64,000 nt of DNA from Candidatus Woesebacteria bacterium RIFCSPHIGHO2_01_FULL_39_32 (lineage in GTDB: Bacteria; Patescibacteriota; Microgenomatia; UBA8517), in the NCBI GenBank assembly GCA_001792345.1, contig MGGJ01000001.1, forward strand, positions 217,710 to 281,709, read 5' to 3'. Shown here one piece after another: positions 1 to 10,483 of the stretch (its first letter is position 1; each line of letters begins with the position of its first letter). Made by a program: the position numbers and the translations under genes. Below the pieces are notes generated by a model that did not search any database, had not been told where the DNA came from, and saw only the letters and a list, made by a program, of their open reading frames with translations.

Positions 1-2
1 AC

Positions 3-617
3 AATATTTCGAAGGAAATCATAGTTGTTAACGACGCTTCAATTGACAAAACTGCTGAGATATTAAAAGGTGTGAGAAACATTGAAGTAATTTCGCATAA
101 AAGAAATTTAGGAAAAGGAGCCGCTATAAAGACCGGTCTTAAAAAGGCAACTGGCGACTTAATTCTTGTTCAGGATGCCGATTTAGAATACAATCCTGAG
201 GATTATTCACGATTAATACGTCCAATTAGGGAGAGCAATGCAGATGTGGTGTACGGATCTAGATTAAAAAGTTTTCCACTCAGGATTAGCGGAAAAAGAA
301 AAACGCCGCTTATAACTCACTATTTGGGTAATAAATTCCTAAGCTTGGTAACAAGAATCGTGTATGGTACCGATCTGTCTGATATGGAAACGTGCTATAA
401 AGTTTTCAGAAAATCGATTATTAAGAGTATAAAATTAAGAGCAAATAGATTTGATTTTGAGCCTGAGATAACTGCGAAAATATTAAAGAAAGGATATAAG
501 ATTTACGAAGTTCCTATTAAAGTTAAACCAAGGGGTTATGACGAGGGAAAAAAGATTACATGGAAAGATGGGTTTATTGCCGTTTGGACGCTTCTTAAAT
601 ATCGCTTCATAGACTAA
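3..617 (+). CDS. GT2 glycosyltransferase (DPM1/polyprenol-phosphate sugar synthase-like), 5'-truncated by window edge
   Basis: Frame is open from base 3 (KEIIVVNDASID); motifs NLGKGAA, QDADLEY, GSR, DMETCYK, FDFEPEIT. Confidence 0.9.
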   Translation, partial: NISKEIIVVNDASIDKTAEILKGVRNIEVISHKRNLGKGAAIKTGLKKATGDLILVQDADLEYNPEDYSRLIRPIRESNADVVYGSRLKSFPLRISGKRKTPLITHYLGNKFLSLVTRIVYGTDLSDMETCYKVFRKSIIKSIKLRANRFDFEPEITAKILKKGYKIYEVPIKVKPRGYDEGKKITWKDGFIAVWTLLKYRFID

Positions 618-645
618 GTAATTCTTTCTTGAGATAATAATTAAT

Positions 646-1737
646 ATGAGAATTGCTATTTTGTCTTTGTATTCGGGACATATCGATAGAGGAGTGGAAA
701 CGTGGACCCGGGAAATGGCATCCAGGTTGAGAAAAAGAAAAAATGATGTTCTGGTACTTCAAGGGAGTGACGAAAAAATAAAAACCGATTATGAAGTCCA
801 AGTCGTAGATATTCAGATAATTTGGAAATATAGAGGCGGCGAGGATAACTTTTCTCAAATAATTTCCTGGTTTTATTGGTTTTCCTTGAATTTTTCTTTT
901 ACTTTAAGAAGCATACCTATTTTAGTTAAATTTAAACCGGATATTATTTTACCAACAAACGGTGGAATACAAACTCTTTTAATTAAAATAGCAAGCCTAA
1001 TTTTTGGTTGGAAAATCGTTATTACTGGCCACGCCGGAATAGGTGCACCAGAAAAATGGAACTTATTAATGAGACCTGACATTTACGTTTCTCCGAGTAT
1101 ACGGGGAAAAAATTGGACTAAGAATTTATGGTTTTCAAAGGGACTAAGAATAGAAAACATTCCTCATGGAGTGGATTTGGAAAAATTTAGCCCTGGGAAA
1201 AAAGATTTTAAGCTACCTTTAGAAAGGCCAATAATATTATGTGTTTCGTCTCTTGACCCATTTAAGCGGGTTGATTTGGTTGTAAGGGCTGTTAGTAAGT
1301 TGGAGAAGGGAAGTTTGCTAATTTTGGGTGGGGATAGGGACCAGGGCATGGTTACCGCTCTTGCTGAAAAACTTCTGGGTAGAGAGAGGTTTATGTTGAT
1401 GAAAGTTAGTCCGGCGGAAATTCCCAAATTTTATAGAAATTCAGATCTTTTCACTTTGCCTTCAAATGAATTTGAGGCCTTTGGCATAGTATATTTAGAA
1501 GCTCTTGCTTCTGGGTTGCCCGTAGTTGCTACTGATGATGCATTAAGGAAAGAGATTATAAGAGATGCAGGAATTTTGGTTAATCCTGAAGATATCGATG
1601 TATATGCCAAAGCCTTGGAAAAAGCTTTAAAGACTGATTGGGGGGACAAACCACGAAACCAAGCTAAAAAATTCTCATGGGATAAGGTTGTTAAAAAGTA
1701 TGAGAGCCTATTTCAAGAATTGACTAATAAGGTATGA
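646..1737 (+). CDS. GT4 glycosyltransferase
   Basis: GT-B fold, C-terminal EAFGIVYLEALASGLPVV motif, PHGVD. Confidence 0.9.
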   Translation: MRIAILSLYSGHIDRGVETWTREMASRLRKRKNDVLVLQGSDEKIKTDYEVQVVDIQIIWKYRGGEDNFSQIISWFYWFSLNFSFTLRSIPILVKFKPDIILPTNGGIQTLLIKIASLIFGWKIVITGHAGIGAPEKWNLLMRPDIYVSPSIRGKNWTKNLWFSKGLRIENIPHGVDLEKFSPGKKDFKLPLERPIILCVSSLDPFKRVDLVVRAVSKLEKGSLLILGGDRDQGMVTALAEKLLGRERFMLMKVSPAEIPKFYRNSDLFTLPSNEFEAFGIVYLEALASGLPVVATDDALRKEIIRDAGILVNPEDIDVYAKALEKALKTDWGDKPRNQAKKFSWDKVVKKYESLFQELTNKV

Positions 1738-1745
1738 ATTTTGAT

Positions 1746-1765
1746 TTCATGTATTAATACATGAA
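1746..1765. promoter_or_regulatory. 20-bp perfect palindrome (possible operator)
   Basis: TTCATGTATT/AATACATGAA perfect inverted repeat just upstream of the next gene. Confidence 0.3.
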
Positions 1766-1772
1766 TACATAT

Positions 1773-2534
1773 ATGAAGAATAAATTAAGCGTTACAGTAA
1801 TAACTCTTAATGAAGAAAAAGACCTTACCCGATGTTTAGAATCGGTTAAGAATATTGCCGACGAGATTGTATTAGTAGATTCAGGAAGTACGGATAAAAC
1901 GGTCGATATTGCCAAAAAACTTGGAGCACAAGTCTTTTATCGAAAGTTCGACAATTATGCTAATCAGAAAAATTTTGCAGCCGAGAAATCAAATGGAGAA
2001 TGGATATTATCACTAGATGCAGATGAGGAAATTTCTCCACAACTCGCTTCCGAAATTTTGCCTGTACTGGCTCTTCACAACCAACCTGCAGCCTACACAA
2101 TACCACGGAAGAATATAATTTTCGGAAAATTTGTAAAATATTCGCGTTGGCAACCGGAATTAGACAGACATATTTGGTTATGGCGCAGAGGTAAAGGAAA
2201 ATGGGTCGGAGATGTACACGAGGAAGTGGTTGTTGAAGGTGAGGTAGGAAAGCTTAGGGACGCAAAAATCCATCACCAGTATGATACTGTTTCTGAATTT
2301 TTACAAATGATGAATCGATACTCAGAGATTGGCGCAGGGGAGATGATTAAAAAGAGAGCAAAATTTAGTTATTTTCAGTTATTTTTTCAACCTATTTATA
2401 ACTTTTTGGTTAGATACTTTTATAGATTGGGATTCTTGGATGGCTGGAGAGGGTTTATTCTTTCGTATTTAATGGCCGTATACCATCTTGAGCTTTGGAT
2501 CAAGGTTTGGGAAAGAGAAAGGAGGATTGGTTAA
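1773..2534 (+). CDS. GT2 glycosyltransferase (WaaE/KdtX-like)
   Basis: ITLNEE, VDSGSTD, LDADE, VHE, GFLDG motifs; likely start ATG 1773 (track start 1761). Confidence 0.9.
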   Translation: MKNKLSVTVITLNEEKDLTRCLESVKNIADEIVLVDSGSTDKTVDIAKKLGAQVFYRKFDNYANQKNFAAEKSNGEWILSLDADEEISPQLASEILPVLALHNQPAAYTIPRKNIIFGKFVKYSRWQPELDRHIWLWRRGKGKWVGDVHEEVVVEGEVGKLRDAKIHHQYDTVSEFLQMMNRYSEIGAGEMIKKRAKFSYFQLFFQPIYNFLVRYFYRLGFLDGWRGFILSYLMAVYHLELWIKVWERERRIG

Positions 2535-4016
2535 TTGGTTAAATGGTTAATTAGGGGCGATAAAACTATTTTTTTTATTCTTTTACTTGGACTTATACTT
2601 AGACTTGTTGCAATTAATCAATCACTTTGGCTTGACGAAGCAATTGGAGCTATTGCGGCGAGAGACTTCACTTTTTCCGGAATCTTAACCGATTTTATAA
2701 AGGCGGACAATCATTCGCCTTTGTATTATTTAACGTTAAAGGCATGGACTAATATATTTGGATATTCGGAGGTATCAATTCGATTTCCATCAGTTATCTT
2801 TGGAATTCTGACTATTTATTTTGCTTACAGAATTGCCAAATTAATAATTCCGTCTGGAAAGGCCAGCTTTCCGATTATTACTTCACTTTTATTGAGTATG
2901 TCTTCGTTTCATATTTACTATTCACAAGAAGCACGGATGTATTCTATGGCAGCTTTTTTTGCAACAACTGCTTTCTATTATTTTTTCCAATTATTAAATA
3001 ACGAAGCCAGAAGGAAAGATTGGGTACTGTTTTCTGTATCGATTACAGCATTAGCATTTACTGATTACGTACCTGTTTTTCTTTTGCCTGTCTTTTGGAT
3101 TATCGTATTTAAAAAAAGAAAAGATATAAATTTTCGGAAACTTTTTCTTTTAGCCCACGCCCTTCTTGTCGTTTTGGGAATTTTGTGGCTGCCTACATTT
3201 ATAGTTCAAGCAGAAAGGGGAAATTGGTTACTTCAAACATGGCCTGCTTGGAAAAATGTAGCAGGTGGAGCAACATTGAAACAGTTGCTACTGGTTTGGA
3301 TGAAATTTGTTTTTGGAAGAATATCTCTTTCCAATAGATTACTTTACTATTCGTTGGTCGTTATGACGAGTATTCCTGTATTTCTATCTTTAATTAATTC
3401 ATGGAAAGATCGAAATAAAAACGTGGTTAGGGTTTGGTTATGGCTTATTATCCCGCTTTTATTAGGTTTTTTAGTAAGTTTTAATTTTCCCGCGTTTATC
3501 TATTTTAGATTTGTATATGTTGTTCCAGCATTTTACTTACTTATTTCATGGGGGATAGAAAAGATAAAAAACATCCGAGTTAAAAGGGTATTGTTTTTGG
3601 GGATTTTAACCTCAAATATTTTGAGTTGGTTCATCTATATTACAAATGTAAATCAACAGCGTGAGCAATGGAGGGAAGCAACGATGTTTGTGGAGAAAAA
3701 TGCGAAATCTGATGAAATAGTGATATTTGAATTTCCAGAACCTTTTGCTCCCTACCGGTGGTATTCCAAAAACTTAGTGCAGGTTAAGGGTATAACAAAT
3801 TCGATTTCGGTCGACCCAGAAAAAACCTCCGAGATTACTTCAAAAGCAATAGAAACTAAATCTGGCATTTATTATTTCGAATATTTGAGAGAGTTATCGG
3901 ATCCGAAGGATATTGTAAGAAAAACCTTGGTCGAAAAAGGCTTTATAAAAAAAGATGTTTATAATTTTCAGGGAGTCGGATTTATTGAATATTATGTTAA
4001 GGGTGAGTCACTTTAG
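2535..4016 (+). CDS. GT-C membrane glycosyltransferase (GT39/PMT-ArnT-like)
   Basis: SLWLDE, HSPLYY, YSQEARMY motifs, many TM helices; start codon (TTG) uncertain. Confidence 0.85.
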   Translation: MVKWLIRGDKTIFFILLLGLILRLVAINQSLWLDEAIGAIAARDFTFSGILTDFIKADNHSPLYYLTLKAWTNIFGYSEVSIRFPSVIFGILTIYFAYRIAKLIIPSGKASFPIITSLLLSMSSFHIYYSQEARMYSMAAFFATTAFYYFFQLLNNEARRKDWVLFSVSITALAFTDYVPVFLLPVFWIIVFKKRKDINFRKLFLLAHALLVVLGILWLPTFIVQAERGNWLLQTWPAWKNVAGGATLKQLLLVWMKFVFGRISLSNRLLYYSLVVMTSIPVFLSLINSWKDRNKNVVRVWLWLIIPLLLGFLVSFNFPAFIYFRFVYVVPAFYLLISWGIEKIKNIRVKRVLFLGILTSNILSWFIYITNVNQQREQWREATMFVEKNAKSDEIVIFEFPEPFAPYRWYSKNLVQVKGITNSISVDPEKTSEITSKAIETKSGIYYFEYLRELSDPKDIVRKTLVEKGFIKKDVYNFQGVGFIEYYVKGESL

Positions 4017-4044
4017 TACTTTAAAGTGCTAAAGTATTTAAGCT

Positions 4045-5403
4045 ATGTTGGGTATTAGTATTATTTTGTTTTTAATAATTATTACTCATATTTTTTTGTT
4101 AAGTAAGCTTGTATTCTTTCCTTATCCAGAGCTATTTATATACTCTTATTTAACAAAGATCGGTCTTGTACCCTACAAACAAATATTCGACCAGCATTTT
4201 CCGGGAATTATGTTTTTCCCAATAAACCTTACAACTTTGGGAATCGACACTGTTTTCGAAATGAGACTATTGCACTTTGCAATAATTTCTCTTACCCAAA
4301 TTCTTCTTTTTGTCGTAGTGAAGAAATTGTTTAACTCTAACCTCTTAGCCCTAGCTTCTAATATTTTATATTTAATTTGGCAGCCATTTTTTGAGGGATA
4401 TGTACTTTGGATAGACTCTTTCATCCCGCTATTTCTTCTGCCCGCGCTTTATTTTTTAGTAAGTAAAAAAAGCAATAAAAGTATATTACTTTCAGGCCTT
4501 TTTTTGGGAACTGCGCTCTTATTTAAGCAGGTCGCAGCACCGCTTATTTTCATGACTTTTTTATTTCTAATTCTTACAAATAAACCCTTGAAGAAAAATT
4601 TGTCCTTCTTGTTGGGTTTAGCAGTTCCAATTCTGATCTTGGTTCTCTTCGTTACCTATAAAAACATTTGGGAGGATTTTATATACTGGAGCGTAACTTT
4701 TAATCTAACAACTTTTGCAGAAATGGGAAGTAAATTACCGGACCTTTTCGGATTTATTAAAGTATTGCCTTTATTTGCAGTCAGCTTTGTTTTTCTAGCT
4801 TTAACCTACTTCAAGAAAAAATCTACTGAAATTCTAATGATTACGTTTTTTATCATAGGATCTTTGGTATTTTCATTTGCCCGTTTTGACTATATTCATT
4901 TGCAGCCTGCCGTCCCATTTGCCATTATTGGTATAGTTTTAGGATTGAAGGAGTTACAGAAAAAGAATATACATTATTATCTCGGTTTATACCTTCTATT
5001 TTCGATATTGTTTATAATTCCATTTTATAAAGCTAGCTTTGGAGATAAAGTTCTTTTCTTCGGAGATAATGAAGAAAAGATTAGCAATGCTGTTTTGAGA
5101 TATGTGAATTCGGGAAACAGTGTGTTTGCCTTTGGGACAACTCCACACCTTTATTATTTAACTAAAACACGTCCACCGGGAAACGTCTTTGTTTTTCAAT
5201 TTCCCTGGTTTATGGTAGAAGCCGAAGAAAAAATTTTACAAGGTATAATTACTGATCCCCCAGAAATTATTGTAAGAGATAAAAACGCAGAAGTAGAAAA
5301 TATGAATTTGGTCAAGTATATGCCTAAAATAAAAGCTCATATTGATCGGTATTATAAAGTTGTAGATAAGATTGATGGAACTGAAATAATGGTCAAAAAT
5401 TAA
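4045..5403 (+). CDS. GT-C-like polytopic membrane glycosyltransferase
   Basis: PYKQIFDQHFPG motif, LLFKQ, ~10 TM helices, soluble C-terminal domain. Confidence 0.7.
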   Translation: MLGISIILFLIIITHIFLLSKLVFFPYPELFIYSYLTKIGLVPYKQIFDQHFPGIMFFPINLTTLGIDTVFEMRLLHFAIISLTQILLFVVVKKLFNSNLLALASNILYLIWQPFFEGYVLWIDSFIPLFLLPALYFLVSKKSNKSILLSGLFLGTALLFKQVAAPLIFMTFLFLILTNKPLKKNLSFLLGLAVPILILVLFVTYKNIWEDFIYWSVTFNLTTFAEMGSKLPDLFGFIKVLPLFAVSFVFLALTYFKKKSTEILMITFFIIGSLVFSFARFDYIHLQPAVPFAIIGIVLGLKELQKKNIHYYLGLYLLFSILFIIPFYKASFGDKVLFFGDNEEKISNAVLRYVNSGNSVFAFGTTPHLYYLTKTRPPGNVFVFQFPWFMVEAEEKILQGIITDPPEIIVRDKNAEVENMNLVKYMPKIKAHIDRYYKVVDKIDGTEIMVKN

Positions 5404-5406
5404 CTC

Positions 5407-6489
5407 ATGAAAATTGCAATTGACATCTCTTCAGTAATTTACGGTACCGGTGTATCGGTTTACACAAAAAATCTTGTCAAAAATATATTGAAAATTGATC
5501 ACAATAACGACTATATTTTATTCGGCGGTTCTCTTCGAAGAAATCTTGAGTTGAAGTCATTTCTATCTACCTTTAAAGGTAAGAGTATGCAAGGTAAAGT
5601 TTTTCTTTTGCCTCCGACTCTTGCGGATATTATTTGGAATAAACTACACATAATAAATATCGAGAAATTAATAGGAAAAGTTGATGTTTTCCATTCATCT
5701 GATTGGTCACAACCTCCCTCAAAAGCTTTTAATGTAACAACTGTTCATGATCTGGTACCCTTAAAATTTCCAAAGCTGTCTGATCCTAAAATAGTATTAA
5801 CGCACCAAGCACGCATGAATTGGGTCATTAAAGAAGTAAAGAGAGTTATTGTTCCTTCCATTGCAACAGCTACTGATGTCGAGGAGCTCGGAATAGAAAG
5901 TAAAAAAATAAGAGTTATACCTGAATCTGTTGATCCTCGAATAAAGCCCACGAATCTAAATGAAATTAAGAACCTGAAAAGAAAATACCGAATTTCAGGT
6001 AAGTATCTATTAGCGGTAGGGGCAAATCCGCGTAAGAACACAGAAAATATTATTTCAGCCTATGAAAAAATCAAGGCGGATACTAATTTAAGATTAGTCA
6101 TAATCGGTTATTCTCATATGAAAGTGAAAGATATTCGTGGTGTTATATATCCGGGGCATATTCCTGATAATGAGTTGGCAACGTTCTACTCCGGCGCAGA
6201 AACTTTGGTTTATCCCTCCTTTTACGAAGGTTTTGGTATTCCAATTTTAGAAGCCTTTGTATGTAAACTGCCCGTGGTTACGTCAAATATAGGAAGTATG
6301 GTGGAAGTTGCAGGAAAAGCAGCAATTTTGGTTGATCCTTATGATGCCGATTCTATAGCTGAAGGAATTTTAGACGCTCTAAAAAACAAAGAAAAACTTG
6401 TAAAGTTAGGTTTAAAACGAGCTAAGCAGTTCTCTTGGGAAAAAACTGCTAAAGAAACTTTGAAAGTTTATAACGAAGTTAGAGAATGA
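5407..6489 (+). CDS. GT4 glycosyltransferase (MtfB/WbaZ-like mannosyltransferase)
   Basis: TVHDL, YPSFYEGFGIPILEA, FSWEKTA. Confidence 0.9.
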   Translation: MKIAIDISSVIYGTGVSVYTKNLVKNILKIDHNNDYILFGGSLRRNLELKSFLSTFKGKSMQGKVFLLPPTLADIIWNKLHIINIEKLIGKVDVFHSSDWSQPPSKAFNVTTVHDLVPLKFPKLSDPKIVLTHQARMNWVIKEVKRVIVPSIATATDVEELGIESKKIRVIPESVDPRIKPTNLNEIKNLKRKYRISGKYLLAVGANPRKNTENIISAYEKIKADTNLRLVIIGYSHMKVKDIRGVIYPGHIPDNELATFYSGAETLVYPSFYEGFGIPILEAFVCKLPVVTSNIGSMVEVAGKAAILVDPYDADSIAEGILDALKNKEKLVKLGLKRAKQFSWEKTAKETLKVYNEVRE

Positions 6490-6566
6490 TGAAGTTAAAT
6501 TCTAGTTTGGATTGAATATTTTCTTTGTCAGACTTTCTTTTGTTAAAAGAAAGTCTGAAGATAAGT

Positions 6567-7142
6567 ATGGCACACAACAATCAGGAAATTGAGTTAAAAC
6601 TTCCACTGACCAGAGAGCAGTTTGATAAAGTAAGCAAAAAACTCCAAAAGATTGCTAAATTTGTTAAATTTTGTCATCAGATAGATGACTATTTCACCCC
6701 GACTTACAAAAGTTTTCTGCTAGCAAAATACCCTTATGAGTGGTTAAGTATCAGAAAAAGGAATGGAAAAGTGGTGTTAAATTACAAGCATTGGTATCCC
6801 GAAAACGCTAAATATACAACTCATTGTGACGAGTATGATACAGAGGTCGGGGATGTTGAGCAGCTTGAGAAGATTCTGGCGGCTCTAAGTTTCAGAAATT
6901 TAGTAACGTTTGAGAAGAAAAGGAGCGTATTTTTATACCAAAATAGCCTTGAAATTGCTTTAGATGAGGTTAAAGAGCTAGGATTTTTTATTGAAGTCGA
7001 AACAATGAAAGACTTCGGAAGCGTAGAGGAAGCAAGACGTGAGATCATTAAATTTACTAAAACTTTAGATCTTTTAGGAACAAGGACTGTCCCGGGAGGT
7101 TACGCCGCTGCATTAATGAGACAAAAAGGATTAGTTAAATAA
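6567..7142 (+). CDS. CYTH-domain protein (class IV adenylate cyclase CyaB-like / triphosphate tunnel metalloenzyme)
   Basis: N-terminal EIELK (ExExK), QIDDYF, LDEVKELGFFIEVE; likely start ATG 6567. Confidence 0.85.
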   Translation: MAHNNQEIELKLPLTREQFDKVSKKLQKIAKFVKFCHQIDDYFTPTYKSFLLAKYPYEWLSIRKRNGKVVLNYKHWYPENAKYTTHCDEYDTEVGDVEQLEKILAALSFRNLVTFEKKRSVFLYQNSLEIALDEVKELGFFIEVETMKDFGSVEEARREIIKFTKTLDLLGTRTVPGGYAAALMRQKGLVK

Positions 7143-7210
7143 TCCTCACCATTTTATTGCATTCAACATCTCTTCACTCTACAATTTGGGTAGCATTTAG
7201 GTAAAAACTT

Positions 7211-8347
7211 ATGATTATCGGTATTGATGGTAACGAAGCAAACGTTAAAGAGAAAGCCGGAGTACATACTTACGCGTTAGAAATTCTTTGGGGTTTGTAC
7301 AAACTACAGGATAACAAAAATACACACAATAAGTTTTTTATTTATCTAAAAAAAGCCCCAAATTCGGATTTACCTAAAGAAAATTCTTACTGGAAGTATA
7401 AAGTTATACCGGGGAGCGGTCTATGGGTGCTAAGAAATTTAATGCCAACCCTTTTAAAAACTGAAAGATTGGATGTTTTCTTTACTCCGGGGCACTATTT
7501 GCCGTTTTTCAGTAGATGTCCTAAAGTATTTACAATACACGATCTTGGATACCTCAAATTTTCGGGACAATTCAAAAAAAATGACTTTTGGCAATTAAAA
7601 TACTGGAGTGCCATTTCCATAATTATATCAAAATATATCATTTGTCCCTCCGTATCTACAGAAAGTGACATTGTACGACACTATCCTTTTGCTCGTAAGA
7701 AAGTTAAAGTTATATACCACGGATATAATAAAGAAAAATTTAATATACAAATTTCAGAAAATTTTGTGCGACGAGTTAGGGAGAAATATAGGATTCCCGA
7801 AAATTACTTGCTTTTTCTCTCAACTCTAAAGCCTAGCAAGAACATCGAGAATTTATTGGGAGCTTACGAGTTGTTAAAAAGTAAAAGACGAACGTTGAAC
7901 GTTAAGTTAGTTATAGCCGGAAAAAAAGGCTGGATGTTTGACTCAATTTTTGAAAAAGTAAAGGAACTGGGACTGGAAAAAGATGTAATTTTTACAGACT
8001 ACGTCCAAGAAAACGACAAACCAGCGTTAATAAAGGGTGCAAAATTATTTGTACTTCCCTCTTTTTGGGAAGGGTTTGGGATTGATGTTCTTGAAGCTAT
8101 GGCTTGTGGAGTAGTAGTGGTTGTAAGTAAGGTCGCGAGTCTGCCTGAAGTTGTAGGAGATGCAGGATTATACGTCGATCCGTATAATATAGAAAGTATC
8201 GCCGAAGCAGTTGAGAGAGTGCTTACTATGAGCAGTGACGAATACACTAAATTGATAAGAAAAGGCCTTAAACAAGCCCAAAAGTTTATCTGGAAAAAAG
8301 CAGCACGGGAAACATTGGAAGTTTTAGAATTAGCTTCCAGAAGATAG
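7211..8347 (+). CDS. GT4 glycosyltransferase
   Basis: TIHDL, PSFWEGFGIDVLEAMACG, SLPEVVG. Confidence 0.9.
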   Translation: MIIGIDGNEANVKEKAGVHTYALEILWGLYKLQDNKNTHNKFFIYLKKAPNSDLPKENSYWKYKVIPGSGLWVLRNLMPTLLKTERLDVFFTPGHYLPFFSRCPKVFTIHDLGYLKFSGQFKKNDFWQLKYWSAISIIISKYIICPSVSTESDIVRHYPFARKKVKVIYHGYNKEKFNIQISENFVRRVREKYRIPENYLLFLSTLKPSKNIENLLGAYELLKSKRRTLNVKLVIAGKKGWMFDSIFEKVKELGLEKDVIFTDYVQENDKPALIKGAKLFVLPSFWEGFGIDVLEAMACGVVVVVSKVASLPEVVGDAGLYVDPYNIESIAEAVERVLTMSSDEYTKLIRKGLKQAQKFIWKKAARETLEVLELASRR

Positions 8348-8352
8348 TCTGA

Positions 8353-9000
8353 ATGAGTATGTTATATAAAGAAAATATAAAGGTTAGTACTAAAGGAGTT
8401 GTCTTTACAGATAAGCATGGTCGAGAATTATCTTTAAACGAGGCACTTAAAAAGATATCAGCAAGAATCTACAATTGGTATTTGGACTTTAAACTCTTTT
8501 TAATCCATTTAGTAAGCCTCCATGTTCCCTTTTATAGCATCAGAAAGTTATTTTTTGTTATATCGGGTGTGAAAATAGGCAGTGGATCTACAATACATAT
8601 GGGTTGTAGATTTTTTGAACCTAGAAAAATAGTAATTGGCAAGGATTCGAAAATTGGTAACAATGCTTTTTTGGACGGGAGGGCACAGCTTACGATAGGA
8701 GATCATGTAGACATTGCTTCGCAAGTACTCATTTATAATTCTGAACATGATTTGGATGATCCTGAGTTTAAAGCAATAGAGCAGCCCGTAGAGATTGGTG
8801 ATTATGTTTTTATCGGACCCAGGGTGGTAATTTTACCCGGAGTTAAGATCGGAAAAGGAGCAGTTATCGCAGCTTCTGCAGTTGTGACAAAGGATGTTCC
8901 TGAATTTACTATTGTGGGTGGGGTTCCTGCTAAGGAAATAGGAGAAAGAAGAAACAATAATTTAGTCTATAAGCTTGGCAGAGCAAGGCTATTTCAGTAG
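8353..9000 (+). CDS. Hexapeptide-repeat (LbH) O-acyltransferase
   Basis: Repeated IG-x4 hexapeptides, VVTKDVP...GGVPAK. Confidence 0.9.
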   Translation: MSMLYKENIKVSTKGVVFTDKHGRELSLNEALKKISARIYNWYLDFKLFLIHLVSLHVPFYSIRKLFFVISGVKIGSGSTIHMGCRFFEPRKIVIGKDSKIGNNAFLDGRAQLTIGDHVDIASQVLIYNSEHDLDDPEFKAIEQPVEIGDYVFIGPRVVILPGVKIGKGAVIAASAVVTKDVPEFTIVGGVPAKEIGERRNNNLVYKLGRARLFQ

Positions 9001-9020
9001 AAAGTATAAATAAATTACTC

Positions 9021-9584
9021 ATGAAAAACCTAGTGAAAATAATATATTTAATTTTTTCTGCTATTTTTATTACTTATTTATTATTACCCGGTTACAATTT
9101 TCCTTTTCCTCCTAACGACTCCATTCAGTCTCAAGAACCTGCTGATACGGAAGCACCCTTTCGTCGAGCTTACTTTACCAATTACACCAGATCTGAAGTT
9201 TTAAGCCATTATTCAAGTCAACTAATAAAATCTTCACTTCTTAAAGTACCATTACCTACTTATAGGTTGAATTATCCTCCTGAAGAAGCACAAACAATCA
9301 TACGCGATCAAACCAGAAGTACATTTCTGGAAGAAATTACACATCCGCTTCGTGAATCTGTGTTTATAAACGGATTCCAAGCTAAAAATGAGAAAGATAC
9401 CATCCTAATAGACGATAAAATATGGTTAGAAAAGATTACCGTACGTTTTGTTCCCAGTTCAGTGTATTTCAGATTAGTTGTGGGTCTAAGTGTTCTTTTC
9501 CTTATTCCATTAATAATTAACAGTTGGAGTTTAACACTCATCCTGCTGAAGAAAGAACTTTCACAAAAATGGAACTCTCGGTAG
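9021..9584 (+). CDS. Hypothetical membrane protein (N- and C-terminal TM helices)
   Basis: 187-aa ORF within the operon, two hydrophobic segments. Confidence 0.7.
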   Translation: MKNLVKIIYLIFSAIFITYLLLPGYNFPFPPNDSIQSQEPADTEAPFRRAYFTNYTRSEVLSHYSSQLIKSSLLKVPLPTYRLNYPPEEAQTIIRDQTRSTFLEEITHPLRESVFINGFQAKNEKDTILIDDKIWLEKITVRFVPSSVYFRLVVGLSVLFLIPLIINSWSLTLILLKKELSQKWNSR

Positions 9585-10483
9585 TTGTTGTTAGTTTTAA
9601 TACCAAAAAGCTTTTAAAAAACTGTTTAGAGTCGGTTTTGAAGGAAACCAAAGGCTTAAATTATGAAATTATTATATTAGATAATGCATCTACCGACGAT
9701 TCGGTTGAAGAAATTAAAAAACTTCGGATAAAGTTTAAAAATATAAAACTAATATTAAACAAGGAAAACCTTGGTTTTGCGAAGGCGAATAATTTAGGAA
9801 TAAAATCAGCAAAAGGCAAATTCATCTTATTATTAAATCCGGACACCTTAATTCACGATAATTTACTTTTCGAAATGATTCGGTGGATGAAAAGACACCC
9901 AAAAGCTGGTATTATTTCCTGTTCTCTAAAAAATCCCGATAATTCGGTTCAAGGAACGGGAGGGTATTTTCCGACATTAATCAGAGTTTTATCCTGGATG
10001 ACTATTCAAGATCTACCATTTATCGATAAATTAATTACCCCGTTCCATCCATTGAAAGCTCTTTCATATCATACAGGGGAAGATTTTTATAGATTTGAAA
10101 AAGAACTGGATTGGGTGACCGGAGCGTTTTTTTTAATTCGAAAAAAAGTTATTGATGATATCGGTTATTTTGATGAAGATTATTTTATGTATACAGAGGA
10201 GGTTGACTTCTGTTTTCGTGCAAAACAGTCCGGCTGGAAAGTATATTACCTACCAAAGTGGTTTATCACCCATATTGGAGGTGCAAGCGGAAAAGCTTGG
10301 TCTTATGTAATTGCCGAATTTGAAGGAGTGAAGTTATTTTATAAAAAACACTATCCCGCTTGGCAGTATCCAATCTTGAGACTATTTCTTAAAATTGGAG
10401 CTCTGGGTAGAATTATTGTCTTTGGGGTACTTAAAGGGAAGGAGGCAGCTTTGTCCTATGCTAAAGCGTTTATGGTTGCTTGA
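9569..10483 (+). CDS. GT2 glycosyltransferase (WbbL/rhamnosyltransferase-like)
   Basis: DNASTD, NLGFAKANN, LNPD, FDEDYFMYTEEVD; likely start ATG 9569. Confidence 0.9.
   Translation: MELSVVVVSFNTKKLLKNCLESVLKETKGLNYEIIILDNASTDDSVEEIKKLRIKFKNIKLILNKENLGFAKANNLGIKSAKGKFILLLNPDTLIHDNLLFEMIRWMKRHPKAGIISCSLKNPDNSVQGTGGYFPTLIRVLSWMTIQDLPFIDKLITPFHPLKALSYHTGEDFYRFEKELDWVTGAFFLIRKKVIDDIGYFDEDYFMYTEEVDFCFRAKQSGWKVYYLPKWFITHIGGASGKAWSYVIAEFEGVKLFYKKHYPAWQYPILRLFLKIGALGRIIVFGVLKGKEAALSYAKAFMVA

Noticed and set aside
2526-2552. 8-bp tandem repeat (ATTGGTTA)x~3 at a gene junction as a phase-variation switch
   Set aside because: Only about three imperfect units; no evidence that copy number alters the downstream frame.
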